From contig NEEC01000163.1 in assembly GCA_002189035.1 (NCBI GenBank), positions 1 through 64,000 of the forward strand: 64,000 nucleotides of DNA, written 5' to 3'. Shown here piece by piece: positions 14,111 through 29,300 of this stretch (positions are counted from its first letter, which is position 1; every line of letters starts with the position of its first letter). Below the pieces are notes generated by a model. The model saw nothing but the letters and a program-made list of their open reading frames with translations. It searched no databases and was not told the origin of the DNA. A program made the position numbers and the translations under genes. The DNA comes from Utricularia gibba. Lineage: Eukaryota; Plantae; Magnoliophyta.

Positions 14111-17100
14111 ATGCGTTTCTCCGTGTGTGCTCGGGCCCTGGGAATTCCTACATTAAGGGGTGGCCTCGCGCAGCCTTCGCCATTGACGCCACATCGTCCA
14201 AACCGTTTAGAGTCACGCGACACACAGCATACCGTTTCGAAGCTCATTCCGAGACGGTCGTTTTTCGTGTTGGGAGCTTGCCCATCCGAGGAAAGTTCGA
14301 AGCTCGAAGGATGGCCTATATTAGCCTTGAATGGTGTCCAAAATGGTCTAGCCATTGGGGACGTTGGACTCTTTGCTCGTTTTTATGCGAAAATTATTCT
14401 CGGCTTGCGAAACACGCGTGATTCGTTAATATATGTCAAAATCTTGAATTTCGCGGCATTCTCATGCGTTTCTACGGGTGTGCTCGGGCCCCGGGACTTC
14501 CTACACCAAGGGGTGGCCTCGCGCAGCCTTCGCCATTGACGCCACATCGTCCAAACCGTTTAGAGTCACGCGACACACAGCATACCGTTTCGAAGCTCAT
14601 TCTGAGACGATCGTTTTTCGTGTTGGGAAGTTCGCCCATCCGAGGAAAGTTCGAAGCTCGACGGATGGCCCTATATAAGCCTTGAATGGTGTCACAAAAT
14701 GGCCTAGCCATTGGGGACGTTGCGACTCTTTGCTCGTTTTTATGCGAAAATTGTTCTCGGCTTGCGAAACACGCGTGATTCGTTAATATATGTCAAAATC
14801 TTGAATTTCGCGGCATTCTCATGCGTTTCTCCGAGTGTGCTCGGGCCCTGGGAATTCCTACATTAAGGGGTGGCCTCGCGCAGCCTTCGCCATTGACGCC
14901 ACATCGTCCAAACCGTTTAGAGTCACGCGACACACAGCATACCGTTTCGAAGCTCATTCTGAGACGATCGTTTTTCGTGTTGGGAAATCGCCCATCCGAG
15001 GAAAGTTCGAAGCTCGACGGATGGCCTATATAAGCCTTGAATGGTGTCACAAAATGGCCTAGCCATTGGGGACGTTGCGACTCCTTTGCTCGTTTTTATG
15101 CGAAAATTGTTCTCGGATTGCGAAACACGCGTGATTCGTTAATATATGTCAAAATCTTGAATTTCGCGGCATTCTCATGCGTTTCTATAACTTCCTACAC
15201 CAAGGGGTGGCCTCGCGCAGCCTTCGCCATTGACGCCACATCGTCCAAACCGTTTAGAGTCACGCGACACACAGCATACCGTTTCGAAGCTCATTCTGAG
15301 ACGATCGTTTTTCGTGTTGGGAAATCGCCCATCCGAGGAAAGTTCGAAGCTCGACGGATGGCCCTATATAAGCCTTGAATGGTGTCACAAAATGGCCTAG
15401 CCATTGGGGACGTTGGGACTCTTTGCTCGTTTTTATGCGAAAACTAATCTCGGCTTGCGAAACACGCGTGATTCGTTAATATATGTCAAAATCTTGAATT
15501 TCGCGGCATTCTCATGCGTTTCTACGGGTGTGCTCGGGCCCGGGACTTCCTACACCAAGGGGTGGCCTCGCGCAGCCTTCGCCATTGACGCCACATCGTC
15601 CAAACCGTTTAGAGTCACGCGACACACAGCATACCGTTTCGAAGCTCATTCCGAGACGGTCGTTTTTCGTGTTGGAGTTCGCCCATCCGAGGAAAGTTCG
15701 AAGCTCGACGGATGGCCCTATATAAGCCTTGAATGGTGTCACAAAATGGCCTAGCCATTGGGGACGTTGGGACTCGTTGCTCGTTTTTATGCGAAAATTG
15801 TTCTCGGCTTGCGAAACACGCGTGATTCGTTAATATATGTCAAAATCTTGAATTTCGCGGCATTCTCATGCGTTTCTCGAGTGTGCTCGGGGGGGGAATT
15901 CCTACATTAAGGGGTGGCCTCGCGCAGCCTTCGCCATTGACGCCACATCGTCCAAACCGTTTAGAGTCACGCGACACACAGCATACCGTTTCGAAGCTCA
16001 TTCGAGACGATCGTTTTTCGTGTTGGGAAATCGCCCATCCGAGGAAAGTTCGAAGCTCGACGGATGGCCCTATATAAGCCTTGAATGGTGTCACAAAATG
16101 GCCTAGCCATTGGGGACGTTGCGACTCCTTTGCTCGTTTTTATGCGAAAATTGTTCTCGGCTTGCGAAACACGCGTGATTCGTTAATATATGTCAAAATC
16201 TTGAATTTCGCGGCATTCTCATGCGTTTCTCCGAGTGTGCTCGGGCCCTGGGAATTCCTACATTAAGGGGTGGCCTCGCGCAGCCTTCGCCATTGACGCC
16301 ACATCGTCCAAACCGTTTAGAGTCACGCGACACACAGCATACCGTTTCGAAGCTCATTCCGAGACGGTCGTTTTTCGTGTTGGGAGTTCCCATCCGAGGA
16401 AAGTTCGAAGCTCGAAGGATGGCCTTATATTAGCCTTGAATGGTGTCCCAAAATGGTCTAGCCATTGGGGACGTTGCGACTCCTTTGCTCGTTTTTATGC
16501 GAAAATTATTCTCGGCTTGCGAAACACGCGTGATTCGTTAATATATGTCAAAATCTTGAATTTCGCGGCATTCTCATGCGTTTCTACGGTGTGCTCGGGC
16601 CCCGGGACTTCCTACACCAAGGGGTGGCCTCGCGCAGCCTTCGCCATTGACGCCACATCGTCCAAACCGTTTAGAGTCACGCGACACACAGCATACCGTT
16701 TCGAAGCTCATTCGAGACGGTCGTTTTTCGTGTTGGAGTTCGCCCATCCGAGGAAAGTTCGAAGCTCGACGGATGGCCTATATAAGCCTTGAATGGTGTC
16801 ACAAAATGGTCTAGCCATTGGGGACGTTGCGACTCCTTTGCTCGTTTTATGCGAAAATTTTCTCGGATTGCGAAACACGCGTGATTCGTTAATATATGTC
16901 AAAATCTTGAATTTCGCGGCATTCTCATGCGTTTCTCTAGTGTGCTCGGGCCCTGGGAATTCCTACATTAAGGGGTGGCCTCGCGCAGCCTTCGCCATTG
17001 ACGCCACATCGTCCAAACCGTTTAGAGTCACGCGACACACAGCATACCGTTTCGAAGCTCATTCTGAGACGGTCGTTTTTCGTGTTGGGAGCTCGCCCAT

Positions 17101-17633
17101 CCGAGGAAAGTTCGAAGCTCGAAGGATGGCCTTATATTAGCCTTGAATGGCAAAATGGTCTAGCCATTGGGGACATTGCGACTCCTTTGCTCGTTTTTAT
17201 GCGAAAATTAATCTCGGCTTGCGAAACACGCGTGATTCGTTAATATATGTCAAAATCTTGAATTTCGCGGCATTCTCATGCGTTTCTCCGAGTGTGCTCG
17301 GGCCCTGGGAATTCCTACATTAAGGGGTGGCCTCGCGCAGCCTTCGCCATTGACGCCACATCGTCCAAACCGTTTAGAGTCACGCGACACACAGCATACC
17401 GTTTCGAAGCTCATTCTGAGACGATCGTTTTTCGTGTTGGGAAATCGCCCATCCGAGGAAAGTTCGAAGCTCGACGGATGGCCCTATATAAGCCTTGAAT
17501 GGTGTCACAAAATGGCCTAGCCATTGGGGACGTTGCGACTCCTTTGCTCGTTTTTATGCGAAAATTGTTCTCGGATTGCGAAACACGCGTGATTCGTTAA
17601 TATATGTAAAAATCTGAATTTCGCGGCATTCTC
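14111..17633 (+). repeat. 10-monomer block P-U-S-T-U-S-P-Q'-R'-S, copy 1
   Basis: Class order read by eye; repeated at 19039 and 26393. Confidence 0.55.
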
Positions 17634-19038
17634 ATGCGTTTCTAGGTGTGCTCGGGGGGAATTCCTACACCAAGGGGTGGCCTCGCGCAGCCTTCGCCAT
17701 TGACGCCACATCGTCCAACCGTTTAGAGTCACGCGACACACAGCATACCGTTTCGAAGCTCATTCTGAGACGATCGTTTTTCGTGTTGGGAGTTCGCCCA
17801 TCCGAGGAAAGTTCGAAGCTCGACGGATGGCCCTTATAAGCCTTGAATGGTGTCACAAAATGGCCTAGCCATTGGGGACGTTGGGACTCTTTGCTCGTTT
17901 TTATGCGAAAACTAATCTCGGCTTGCGAAACACGCGTGATTCGTTAATATATGTAAAATCCTGAATTTCGCGGCATTCTCATGCGTTTCTACGGGTGTGC
18001 TCGGGCCCCGGGACTTCCTACACCAAGGGTGGCCTCGCGCAGCCTTCGCCATTGACGCCACATCGTCCAAACCGTTTAGAGTCACGCGACACACAGCATA
18101 CCGTTTCGAAGCTCATTCTGAGACGATCGTTTTTCGTGTTGGAAGTTCGCCCATCCGAGGAAAGTTCGAAGCTCGACGGATGGCCCTATATAAGCCTTGA
18201 ATGGTGTCACAAAATGGCCTAGCCATTGGGGACGTTGGGACTCGTTTGCTCGTTTTTATGCGAAAATTGTTCTCGGCTTGCGAAACACGCGTGATTCGTT
18301 AATATATGTCAAAATCTTGAATTTCGCGGCATTCTCATGCGTTTCTCTCGAGTGTGCTCGGGCCCTGGGAATTCCTACATTAAGGGGTGGCCTCGCGCAG
18401 CCTTCGCCATTGACGCCACATCGTCCAAACCGTTTAGAGTCACGCGACACACAGCATACCGTTTCGAAGCTCATTCCGAGACGTCGTTTTTCGTGTTGGG
18501 AGTTCGCCCATCCGAGGAAAGTTCGAAGCTCGACGGATGGCCCTATATAAGCCTTGAATGTGTCACAAAATGGCCTAGCCATTGGGGACGTTGGGACTCT
18601 TTGCTCGTTTTTATGCGAAAATAATCTCGGCTTGCGAAACACGCGTGATTCGTTAATATATGTCAAAATCTTGAATTTCGCGGCATTCTCATGCGTTTCT
18701 AGTGTGCTCGGGCCCTGGGATTCCTACACAAGGGGGGCCTCGCGCAGCCTTCGCCATTGACGCCACATCGTCCAAACCGTTTAGAGTCACGCGACACACA
18801 GCATACCGTTTCGAAGCTCATTCGAGACGATCGTTTTTCGTGTTGGAAATCGCCCATCCGAGGAAAGTTCGAAGCTCGACGGATGGCCCTATATAAGCCT
18901 TGAATGGTGTCACAAAATGGCCTAGCCATTGGGGACGTTGCGACTCCTTTGCTCGTTTTATGCGAAAATTGTTCTCGGATTGCGAAACACGCGTGATTCG
19001 TTAATATATGTCAAAATCTTGAATTTCGCGGCATTCTC

Positions 19039-22000
19039 ATGCGTTTCTCCGAGTGTGCTCGGGCCCTGGGAATTCCTACATTAAGGGGTGGCCTCGCGCA
19101 GCCTTCGCCATTGACGCCACATCGTCCAAACCGTTTAGAGTCACGCGACACACAGCATACCGTTTCGAAGCTCATTCGAGACGGTCGTTTTTCGTGTTGG
19201 AGTTGCCCATCCGAGGAAAGTTCGAAGCTCGAAGGATGGCCTTATATAGCCTTGAATGGTGTCCCAAAATGGTCTAGCCATTGGGGACGTTTGGACTCGT
19301 TTGCTCGTTTTTATGCGAAAACTAATCTCGGCTTGCGAAACACGCGTGATTCGTTAATATATGTCAAAATCCTGAATTTCGCGGCATTCTCATGCGTTTC
19401 TACGGGTGTGCTCGGGCCCCGGGACTTCCTACACCAAGGGGTGGCCTCGCGCAGCCTTCGCATTGACGCCACATCGTCCAAACCGTTTAGAGTCACGCGA
19501 CACACAGCATACCGTTTCGAAGCTCATTCCGAGACGGTCGTTTTTCGTGTTGGAAGTTCGCCCATCCGAGGAAAGTTCGAAGCTCGACGGATGGCCCTAT
19601 ATAAGCCTTGAATGGTGTCACAAAATGGCCTAGCCATTGGGGACGTTGGGACTCGTTTGCTCGTTTTTATGCGAAAATTGTTCTCGGCTTGCGAAACACG
19701 CGTGATTCGTTAATATATGTCAAAATCTTGAATTTCGCGGCATTCTCATGCGTTTCTCCGAGTGTGCTCGGGCCCTGGGAATTCCTACATTAAGGGGTGG
19801 CCTCGCGCAGCCTTCGCCATTGACGCCACATCGTCCAAACCGTTTAGAGTCACGCGACACACAGCATACCGTTTCGAAGCTCATTCTGAGACGATCGTTT
19901 TTCGTGTTGGGAAATCGCCCATCCGAGGAAAGTTCGAAGCTCGACGGATGGCCCTATATAAGCCTTGAATGTGTCACAAAATGGCCTAGCCATTGGGGAC
20001 GTTGCGACTCCTTTGCTCGTTTTTATGCGAAAATTGTTCTCGGATTGCGAAACACGCGTGATTCGTTAATATATGTCAAAATCTTGAATTTCGCGGCATT
20101 CTCATGCGTTTCTATGGGTGTGCTCGGGCCCGGGACTTCCTACACCAAGGGGTGGCCTCGCGCAGCCTTCGCCATTGACGCCACATCGTCCAAACCGTTT
20201 AGAGTCACGCGACACACAGCATACCGTTTCGAAGCTCATTCTGAGACGATCGTTTTTCGTGTTGGGAAATCGCCCATCCGAGGAAAGTTCGAAGCTCGAC
20301 GGATGGCCCTATATAAGCCTTGAATGGTGTCACAAAATGGCCTAGCCATTTGGGACGTTGGGACTCCTTTGCTCGTTTTTATGCGAAAATTAATCTCGGC
20401 TTGCGAAACACGCGAGATTCGTTAATATATGTAAAAATCTTGAATTTCGCGGCATTCTCATGCGTTTCTTTTGTGTGTGCTCGGGCCCCGGGATTCCTAC
20501 ACCAAGGGGTGGCCTCGCGCAGCCTTCGCATTGACGCCACATCGTCCAAACCGTTTAGAGTCACGCGACACACAGCATACCGTTTCGAAGCTCATTCTGA
20601 GACGGTCGTTTTTCGTGTTGGGAGTTCGCCCATCCGAGGAAAGTTCGAAGCTCGACGGATGGCCCTATATAAGCCTTGAATGGTGTCACAAAATGGCCTA
20701 GCCATTGGGGACGTTGGGACTCTTTGCTCGTTTTTATGCGAAAATTGTTCTCGGCTTGCGAAACACGCGTGATTCGTTAATATATGTCAAAATCTTGAAT
20801 TTCGCGGCATTCTCATGCGTTTCTCCGAGTGTGCTCGGGCCCTGGGAATTCCTACATTAAGGGGTGGCCTCGCGCAGCCTTCGCCAATTGACGCCACATC
20901 GTCCAAACCGTTTAGAGTCACGCGACACACAGCATACCGTTTCGAAGCTCATTCTGAGACGATCGTTTTTCGTGTTGGGAATCGCCCATCCGAGGAAAGT
21001 TCGAAGCTCGACGGATGGCCCTATATAAGCCTTGAATGGTGTCACAAAATGGCCTAGCCATTGGGGACGTTGCGACTCCTTTGCTCGTTTTTATGCGAAA
21101 ATTTTCTCGGATTGCGAAACACGCGTGATTCGTTAATATATGTCAAAATCTTGAATTTCGCGGCATTCTCATGCGTTTCTCGAGTGTGCTCGGGCCCTGG
21201 GAATTCCTACATTAAGGGGTGGCCTCGCGCAGCCTTCGCCATTGACGCCACATCGTCCAAACCGTTTAGAGTCACGCGACACACAGCATACCGTTTCGAA
21301 GCTCATTCCGAGACGGTCGTTTTTCGTGTTGGGAGCTTGCCCATCCGAGGAAAGTTCGAAGCTCGAAGGATGGCCTTATATTAGCCTTCAATGGTGTCCC
21401 AAAATGGTCTAGCCATTGGGGACATTGCGACTCCTTTGCTCGTTTTTATGCGAAAATTATTCTCGGCTTGCGAAACACGCGTGATTCGTTAATATATGTC
21501 AAAATCTTGAATTTCGCGGCATTCTCATGCGTTTCTACGGGTGTGCTCGGGCCCTGGGACTTCCTACACCAAGGGGTGGCCTCGCGCAGCCTTCGCCATT
21601 GACGCCACATCGTCCAAACCGTTTAGAGTCACGCGACACACAGCATACCGTTTCGAAGCTCATTCTGAGACGATCGTTTTTCGTGTTGGGAGTTCGCCCA
21701 TCCGAGGAAAGTTCGAAGCTCGACGGATGGCCCTATATAAGCCTTGAATGGTGTCACAAAATGGTCTAGCCATTGGGGACATTGCGACTCCTTTGCTCGT
21801 TTTTATGCGAAAATTATTCTCGGATTGCGAAACACGCGTGATTCGTTAATATATGTCAAAATCTTGAATTTCGCGGCATTCTCATGCGTTTCTCGAGTGT
21901 GCTCGGGCCCTGGGAATTCCTACATTAAGGGGTGGCCTCGCGCAGCCTTCGCATTGACGCCACATCGTCCAAACCGTTTAGAGTCACGCGACACACAGCA

Positions 22001-22588
22001 TACCGTTTCGAAGCTCATTCTGAGACGGTCGTTTTTCGTGTTGGAGCTTGCCCATCCGAGGAAAGTTCGAAGCTCGAAGGATGGCCTTATATTAGCCTTG
22101 AATGGTGTCACAAATGGTCTAGCCATTGGGGACATTGCGACTCCTTTGCTCGTTTTTATGCGAAAACTAATCTCGGCTTGCGAAACACGCGTGATTCGTT
22201 AATATATGTCAAAATCTTGAATTTCGCGGCATTCTCATGCGTTTCTCCGAGTGTGCTCGGGCCCTGGAATTCCTACACAAGGGGTGGCCTCGCGCAGCCT
22301 TCGCCATTGACGCCACATCGTCCAAACCGTTTAGAGTCACGCGACACACAGCATACCGTTTCGAAGCTCATTCTGAGACGATCGTTTTTCGTGTTGGGAA
22401 ATCGCCCATCCGAGGAAAGTTCGAAGCTCGACGGATGGCCCTATATAAGCCTTGAATGGTGTCACAAAATGGCCTAGCCATTGGGGACGTTGGACTCTTT
22501 GCTCGTTTTTATGCGAAAATTGTTCTCGGCTTGCGAAACACGCGTGATTCGTTAATATATGTCAAAATCTGAATTTCGCGGCATTCTC
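19039..22588 (+). repeat. 10-monomer block P-U-S-T-U-S-P-Q'-R'-S, copy 2
   Basis: Same class order as 14111-17633, offset 14 monomers (4928 bp). Confidence 0.58.
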
Positions 22589-23189
22589 ATGCGTTTCTCC
22601 GGGTGTGCTCGGGCCCTGGGAATTCCTACATTAAGGGGTGGCCTCGCGCAGCCTTCGCCATTGACGCCACATCGTCCAAACCGTTTAGAGTCACGCGACA
22701 CACAGCATACCGTTTCGAAGCTCATTCTGAGACGATCGTTTTTCGTGTTGGAAGTTCGCCCATCCGAGGAAAGTTCGAAGCTCGACGGATGGCCCTATAT
22801 AAGCCTTGAATGGTGTCACAAAATGGCCTAGCCATTGGGGACGTTGGACTCGTTTGCTCGTTTTTATGCGAAAATTGTTCTCGGATTGCGAAACACGCGT
22901 GATTCGTTAATATATGTAAAATCTTGAATTTCGCGGCATTCTCATGCGTTTCTACGGGTGTGCTCGGGCCCTGGGACTTCCTACACCAAGGGGTGGCCTC
23001 GCGCAGCCTTCGCCATTGACGCCACATCGTCCAAACCGTTTAGAGTCACGCGACACACAGCATACCGTTTCGAAGCTCATTCTGAGACGATCGTTTTTCG
23101 TGTTGGGAGTTCGCCCATCCGAGGAAAGTTCGAAGCTCGACGGATGGCCCTATATAAGCCTTGAATGGTGTCACAAAATGGCCTAGCCA

Positions 23190-23300
23190 TTGGGGAACTC
23201 GTTTATGCGAGTTCAAACACGCGTGACGTTACACTTGAATTTCGCATTCTCATGCGTTTCTCCGTGTTCGAATTCCTACATTAAGGGGTGGCCTCGCAGC
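23190..23300 (+). other. Locally degraded monomer junction with multiple short deletions
   Basis: TGGGGAACTCGTTTATGCGAGTTCAAACACGCGTGACGTTACACTTGAATTTCGCATTC aligns to the monomer only with many gaps. The two monomers from 22944 to 23587 total 644 bp instead of ~712. Confidence 0.85.
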
Positions 23301-26300
23301 CTTCGCCATTGACGCCACATCGTCCAAACCGTTTAGAGTCACGCGACACACAGCATACCGTTTCGAAGCTCATTCTAGACGATCGTTTTTCGTGTTGGGA
23401 GTCGCCCATCCGAGGAAAGTTCGAAGCTCGACGGATGGCCTATATAAGCCTTGAATGGTGTCACAAATGGCTAGCCATTGGGGACGTTGCGACTCCTTTG
23501 CTCGTTTTTATGCGAAAATTATTCTCGGATTGCGAAACACGCGTGATTCGTTAATATATGTAAAATCTTGAATTTCGCGGCATTCTCATGCGTTTCGAGT
23601 GTGCTCGGGCCCTGGGAATTCCTACATTAAGGGGTGGCCTCGCGCAGCCTTCGCCATTGACGCCACATCGTCCAAACCGTTTAGAGTCACGCGACACACA
23701 GCATACCGTTTCGAAGCTCATTCTGAGACGATCGTTTTTCGTGTTGGGAGTTGCCCATCCGAGGAAAGTTCGAAGCTCGACGGATGGCCTATATAGCCTT
23801 GAATGTGTCCAAAATGGTCTAGCCATTGGGGACGTTGCGACTCCTTTGCTCGTTTTTATGCGAAAATTATTCTCGGCTTGCGAAACACGCGTGATTCGTT
23901 AATATATGTCAAAATCTTGAATTTCGCGGCATTCTCATGCGTTTCTCGGGTGTGCTCGGGCCCTGGGACTTCCTACACCAAGGGGTGGCCTCGCGCAGCC
24001 TTCGCCATTGACGCCACATCGTCCAAACCGTTTAGAGTCACGCGACACACAGCATACCGTTTCGAAGCTCATTCCGAGACGGTCGTTTTTCGTGTTGGGA
24101 GTTCGCCCATCCGAGGAAAGTTCGAAGCTCGACGGATGGCCTATATAAGCCTTGAATGGTGTCACAAAATGGCTAGCCATTGGGGACGTTGCGACTCCTT
24201 TGCTCGTTTTTATGCGAAAATTATTCTCGGCTTGCGAAACACGCGTGATTCGTTAATATATGTCAAAATCTTGAATTTCGCGGCATTCTCATGCGTTTCT
24301 CAGTGTGCTCGGGCCCTGGGAATTCCTACATTAAGGGGTGGCCTCGCGCAGCTTCGCATTGACGCCACATTCCAAACCGTTTAGAGTCACGACAACAGCA
24401 TACCGTTTCGAAGCTCATTCTGAGACGGTCGTTTTTCGTTGGGAGTTGCCCATCCGAGGAAAGTTCGAAGCTCGAAGGATGGCCTTATATAGCCTTGAAT
24501 GGTTCAAAATGGTCTAGCCATTGGGGACGTTGCGACTCCTTTGCTCGTTTTTATGCGAAAATATCTCGGCTTGCGAAACACGCGTGATTCGTTAATATAT
24601 GTCAAAATCTTGAATTTCGCGGCATTCTCATGCGTTTCTCCGAGTGTGCTCGGGCCCTGGAATTCCTACATTAAGGGGTGGCCTCGCGCAGCCTTCGCCA
24701 ATTGACGCCACACGTCCAAACGTTTAGAGTCACGCGACACACAGCATACCGTTTCGAAGCTCATTCTAGACGATCGTTTTTCGTGTTGGGAGTCGCCCAT
24801 CCGAGGAAAGTTCGAAGCTCGACGGATGGCCCTATATAAGCCTTGAATGGTGTCACAAAATGGCCTAGCCATTGGGGACGTTGCGACTCCTTTGCTCGTT
24901 TTTATGCGAAAATTGTTCTCGGATTGCGAAACACGCGTGATTCGTTAATATATGTAAAATCTGAATTTCGCGGCATTCTCATGCGTTTCTCGGGTGTGCT
25001 CGGGCCGGGACTTCCTACACCAAGGGGTGGCCTCGCGCAGCCTTCGCCATTGACGCCACATCGTCCAAACCGTTTAGAGTCACGCGACACACAGCATACC
25101 GTTTCGAAGCTCATTCTGAGACGATCGTTTTTCGTGTTGGGAGTCGCCCATCCGAGGAAAGTTCGAAGCTCGACGGATGGCCCTATATAAGCCTTGAATG
25201 GTGTCACAAAATGGCCTAGCCATTGGGGACGTTGGGACTCGTTTGCTCGTTTTTATGCGAAAATAATTCTCGGCTTGCGAAACACGCGTGATTCGTTAAT
25301 ATATGTCAAAATCTTGAATTTCGCGGCATTCTCATGCGTTTCTACGGGTGTGCTCGGGCCCGGGACTTCCTACACCAAGGGGTGGCCTCGCGCAGCCTTC
25401 GCCATTGACGCCACATCGTCCAAACCGTTTAGAGTCACGCGACACACAGCATACCGTTTCGAAGCTCATTCTGAGACGATCGTTTTTCGTGTTGGGTTCG
25501 CCCATCCGAGGAAAGTTCGAAGCTCGACGGATGGCCCTATATAAGCCTTGAATGGTGTCACAAAATGGCCTAGCCATTGGGGACGTTGGGACTCCTTTGC
25601 TCGTTTTTATGCGAAAATTGTTCTCGGCTTGCGAAACACGCGTGATTCGTTAATATATGTCAAAATCTTGAATTTCGCGGCATTCTCATGCGTTTCTCCA
25701 GTGTGCTCGGGCCCTGGGAATTCCTACATTAAGGGGTGGCCTCGCGCAGCCTTCGCCATTGACGCCACATCGTCCAAACCGTTTAGAGTCACGCGACACA
25801 CAGCATACCGTTTCGAAGCTCATTCCGAGACGGTCGTTTTTCGTGTTGGGAGTTCGCCCATCCGAGGAAAGTTCGAAGCTCGACGGATGGCCCTATATAA
25901 GCCTTGAATGGTGTCACAAAATGGCCTAGCCATTGGGGACGTTGCGACTCGTTTGCTCGTTTTTATGCGAAAATAATTCTCGGCTTGCGAAACACGCGTG
26001 ATTCGTTAATATATGTCAAAATCTTGAATTTCGCATTCTCATGCGTTTCTCGGTGTGCTCGGGCCCTGGGAATTCCTACATTAAGGGGTGGCCTCGCGCA
26101 GCCTTCGCCATTGACGCCACATCGTCCAAACCGTTTAGAGTCACGCGACACACAGCATACCGTTTCGAAGCTCATTCTGAGACGATCGTTTTTCGTGTTG
26201 GGACGCCCATCCGAGGAAAGTTCGAAGCTCGACGGATGGCCCTATATAAGCCTTGAATGGTGTCACAAAATGGCCTAGCCATTGGGGACGTTGCGACTCC

Positions 26301-26392
26301 TTTGCTCGTTTTTATGCGAAAATTGTTCTCGGATTGCGAAACACGCGTGATTCGTTAATATATGTCAAAATCTTGAATTTCGCGGCATTCTC

Positions 26393-29300
26393 ATGCGTTT
26401 CTCCGAGTGTGCTCGGGCCCTGGGAATTCCTACATTAAGGGGTGGCCTCGCGCAGCCTTCGCCATTGACGCCACATCGTCCAAACCGTTTAGAGTCACGC
26501 GACACACAGCATACCGTTTCGAAGCTCATTCCGAGACGGTCGTTTTTCGTGTTGGGAGCTTGCCCATCCGAGGAAAGTTCGAAGCTCGAAGGATGGCCTT
26601 ATATTAGCCTTCAATGTGTCACAAAATGGCTAGCCATTGGGGACGTTGGACTCGTTTGCTCGTTTTTATGCGAAAACTAATCTCGGCTTGCGAAACACGC
26701 GTGATTCGTTAATATATGTCAAAATCTTGAATTTCGCGGCATTCTCATGCGTTTCTCGGGTGTGCTCGGGCCCGGGGACTTCCTACACCAAGGGTGGCCT
26801 CGCGCAGCCTTCGCCATTGACGCCACATCGTCCAAACCGTTTAGAGTCACGCGACACACAGCATACCGTTTCGAAGCTCATTCTGAGACGGTCGTTTTTC
26901 GTGTTGGAAGTTGCCCATCCGAGGAAAGTTCGAAGCTCGACGGATGGCCCTATATAAGCCTTGAATGGTGTCACAAAATGGCCTAGCCATTGGGGACGTT
27001 GGGACTCGTTTGCTCGTTTTTATGCGAAAATTGTTCTCGGCTTGCGAAACACGCGTGATTCGTTAATATATGTCAAAATCTTGAATTTCGCGGCATTCTC
27101 ATGCGTTTCTCCGAGTGTGCTCGGGCCCTGGGAATTCCTACATTAAGGGGTGGCCTCGCGCAGCCTTCGCCATTGACGCCACATCGTCCAAACCGTTTAG
27201 AGTCACGCGACACACAGCATACCGTTTCGAAGCTCATTCTGAGACGATCGTTTTTCGTGTTGGGAGCGCCCATCCGAGGAAAGTTCGAAGCTCGACGGAT
27301 GGCCCTATATAAGCCTTGAATGGTGTCACAAAATGGCCTAGCCATTGGGGACGTTGCGACTCCTTTGCTCGTTTTTATGCGAAAATTGTTCTCGGATTGC
27401 GAAACACGCGTGATTCGTTAATATATGTAAAATCTTGAATTTCGCGGCATTCTCATGCGTTTCTCGGTGTGCTCGGGCCTGGGACTTCCTACACCAAGGG
27501 GTGGCCTCGCGCAGCCTTCGCCATTGACGCCACATCGTCCAACCGTTTAGAGTCACGCGACACACAGCATACCGTTTCGAAGCTCATTCTGAGACGATCG
27601 TTTTTCGTGTTGGGAAATCGCCCATCCGAGGAAAGTTCGAAGCTCGACGGATGGCCCTATATAAGCCTTGAATGGTGTCACAAAATGGCCTAGCCATTGG
27701 GACGTTGGGATTCGTTTGCTCGTTTTTATGCGAAAACTAATCTCGGCTTGGGAAACACGCGTGATTCGTTAATATATGTAAAAATCTGAATTTCGCGGCA
27801 TTCTCATGCGTTTCTCGGGTGTGCTCGGGCCCGGGACTTCCTACACCAAGGGGTGGCCTCGCGCAGCCTTCGCCATTGACGCCACATCGTCCAAACCGTT
27901 TAGAGTCACGCGACACACAGCATACCGTTTCGAAGCTCATTCCGAGACGGTCGTTTTTCGTGTTGGAAGTTCGCCCATCCGAGGAAAGTTCGAAGCTCGA
28001 CGGATGGCCCTATATAAGCCTTGAATGGTGTCACAAAATGGCCTAGCCATTGGGGACGTTGGGACTCGTTTGCTCGTTTTTATGCGAAAATTGTTCTCGG
28101 CTTGCGAAACACGCGTGATTCGTTAATATATGTCAAAATCTTGAATTTCGCGGCATTCTCATGCGTTTCTCCGAGTGTGCTCGGGCCCTGGGAATTCCTA
28201 CATTAAGGGGTGGCCTCGCGCAGCCTTCGCCATTGACGCCACATCGTCCAAACCGTTTAGAGTCACGCGACACACAGCATACCGTTTCGAAGCTCATTCT
28301 AAGACGATCGTTTTTCGTGTTGGGAAATCGCCCATCCGAGGAAAGTTCGAAGCTCGACGGATGGCCCTATATAAGCCTTGAATGGTGTCACAAAATGGCC
28401 TAGCCATTGGGGACGTTGCGACTCCTTTGCTCGTTTTTATGCGAAAATTGTTCTCGGATTGCGAAACACGCGTGATTCGTTAATATATGTAAAAAATCTT
28501 GAATTTCGCGGCATTCTCATGCGTTTCTCCGAGTGTGCTCGGGCCCTGGGAATTCCTACATTAAGGGGTGGCCTCGCGCAGCCTTCGCCATTGACGCCAC
28601 ATCGTCCAAACCGTTTAGAGTCACGCGACACACAGCATACCGTTTCGAAGCTCATTCCGAGACGGTCGTTTTTCGTGTTGGGAGTTGCCCATCCGAGGAA
28701 AGTTCGAAGCTCGAGGATGGCCTATATTAGCCTTGAATGGTGTCACAAAATGGTCTAGCCATTGGGGACGTTGCGACTCCTTTGCTCGTTTTTATGCGAA
28801 AATTATTCTCGGCTTGCGAAACACGCGTGATTCGTTAATATATGTCAAAATCTTGAATTTCGCGGCATTCTCATGCGTTTCTCGGGTGTGCTCGGGCCCG
28901 GGACTTCCTACACCAAGGGGTGGCCTCGCGCAGCCTTCGCCATTGACGCCAATCGTCCAAACCGTTTAGAGTCACGCGACACACAGCATACCGTTTCGAA
29001 GCTCATTCGAGACGGTCGTTTTTCGTGTTGGGAGTTCGCCCATCCGAGGAAAGTTCGAAGCTCGACGGATGGCCTATATAAGCCTTGAATGGTGTCCAAA
29101 ATGGTCTAGCCATTGGGGACATCGCGACTCCTTTGCTCGTTTTTATGCGAAAATTTTCTCGGATTGCGAAACACGCGTGATTCGTTAATATATGTCAAAA
29201 TCTTGAATTTCGCGGCATTCTCATGCGTTTCTCAGTGTGCTCGGGCCCTGGGAATTCCTACATTAAGGGGTGGCCTCGCGCAGCCTTCGCATTGACGCCA

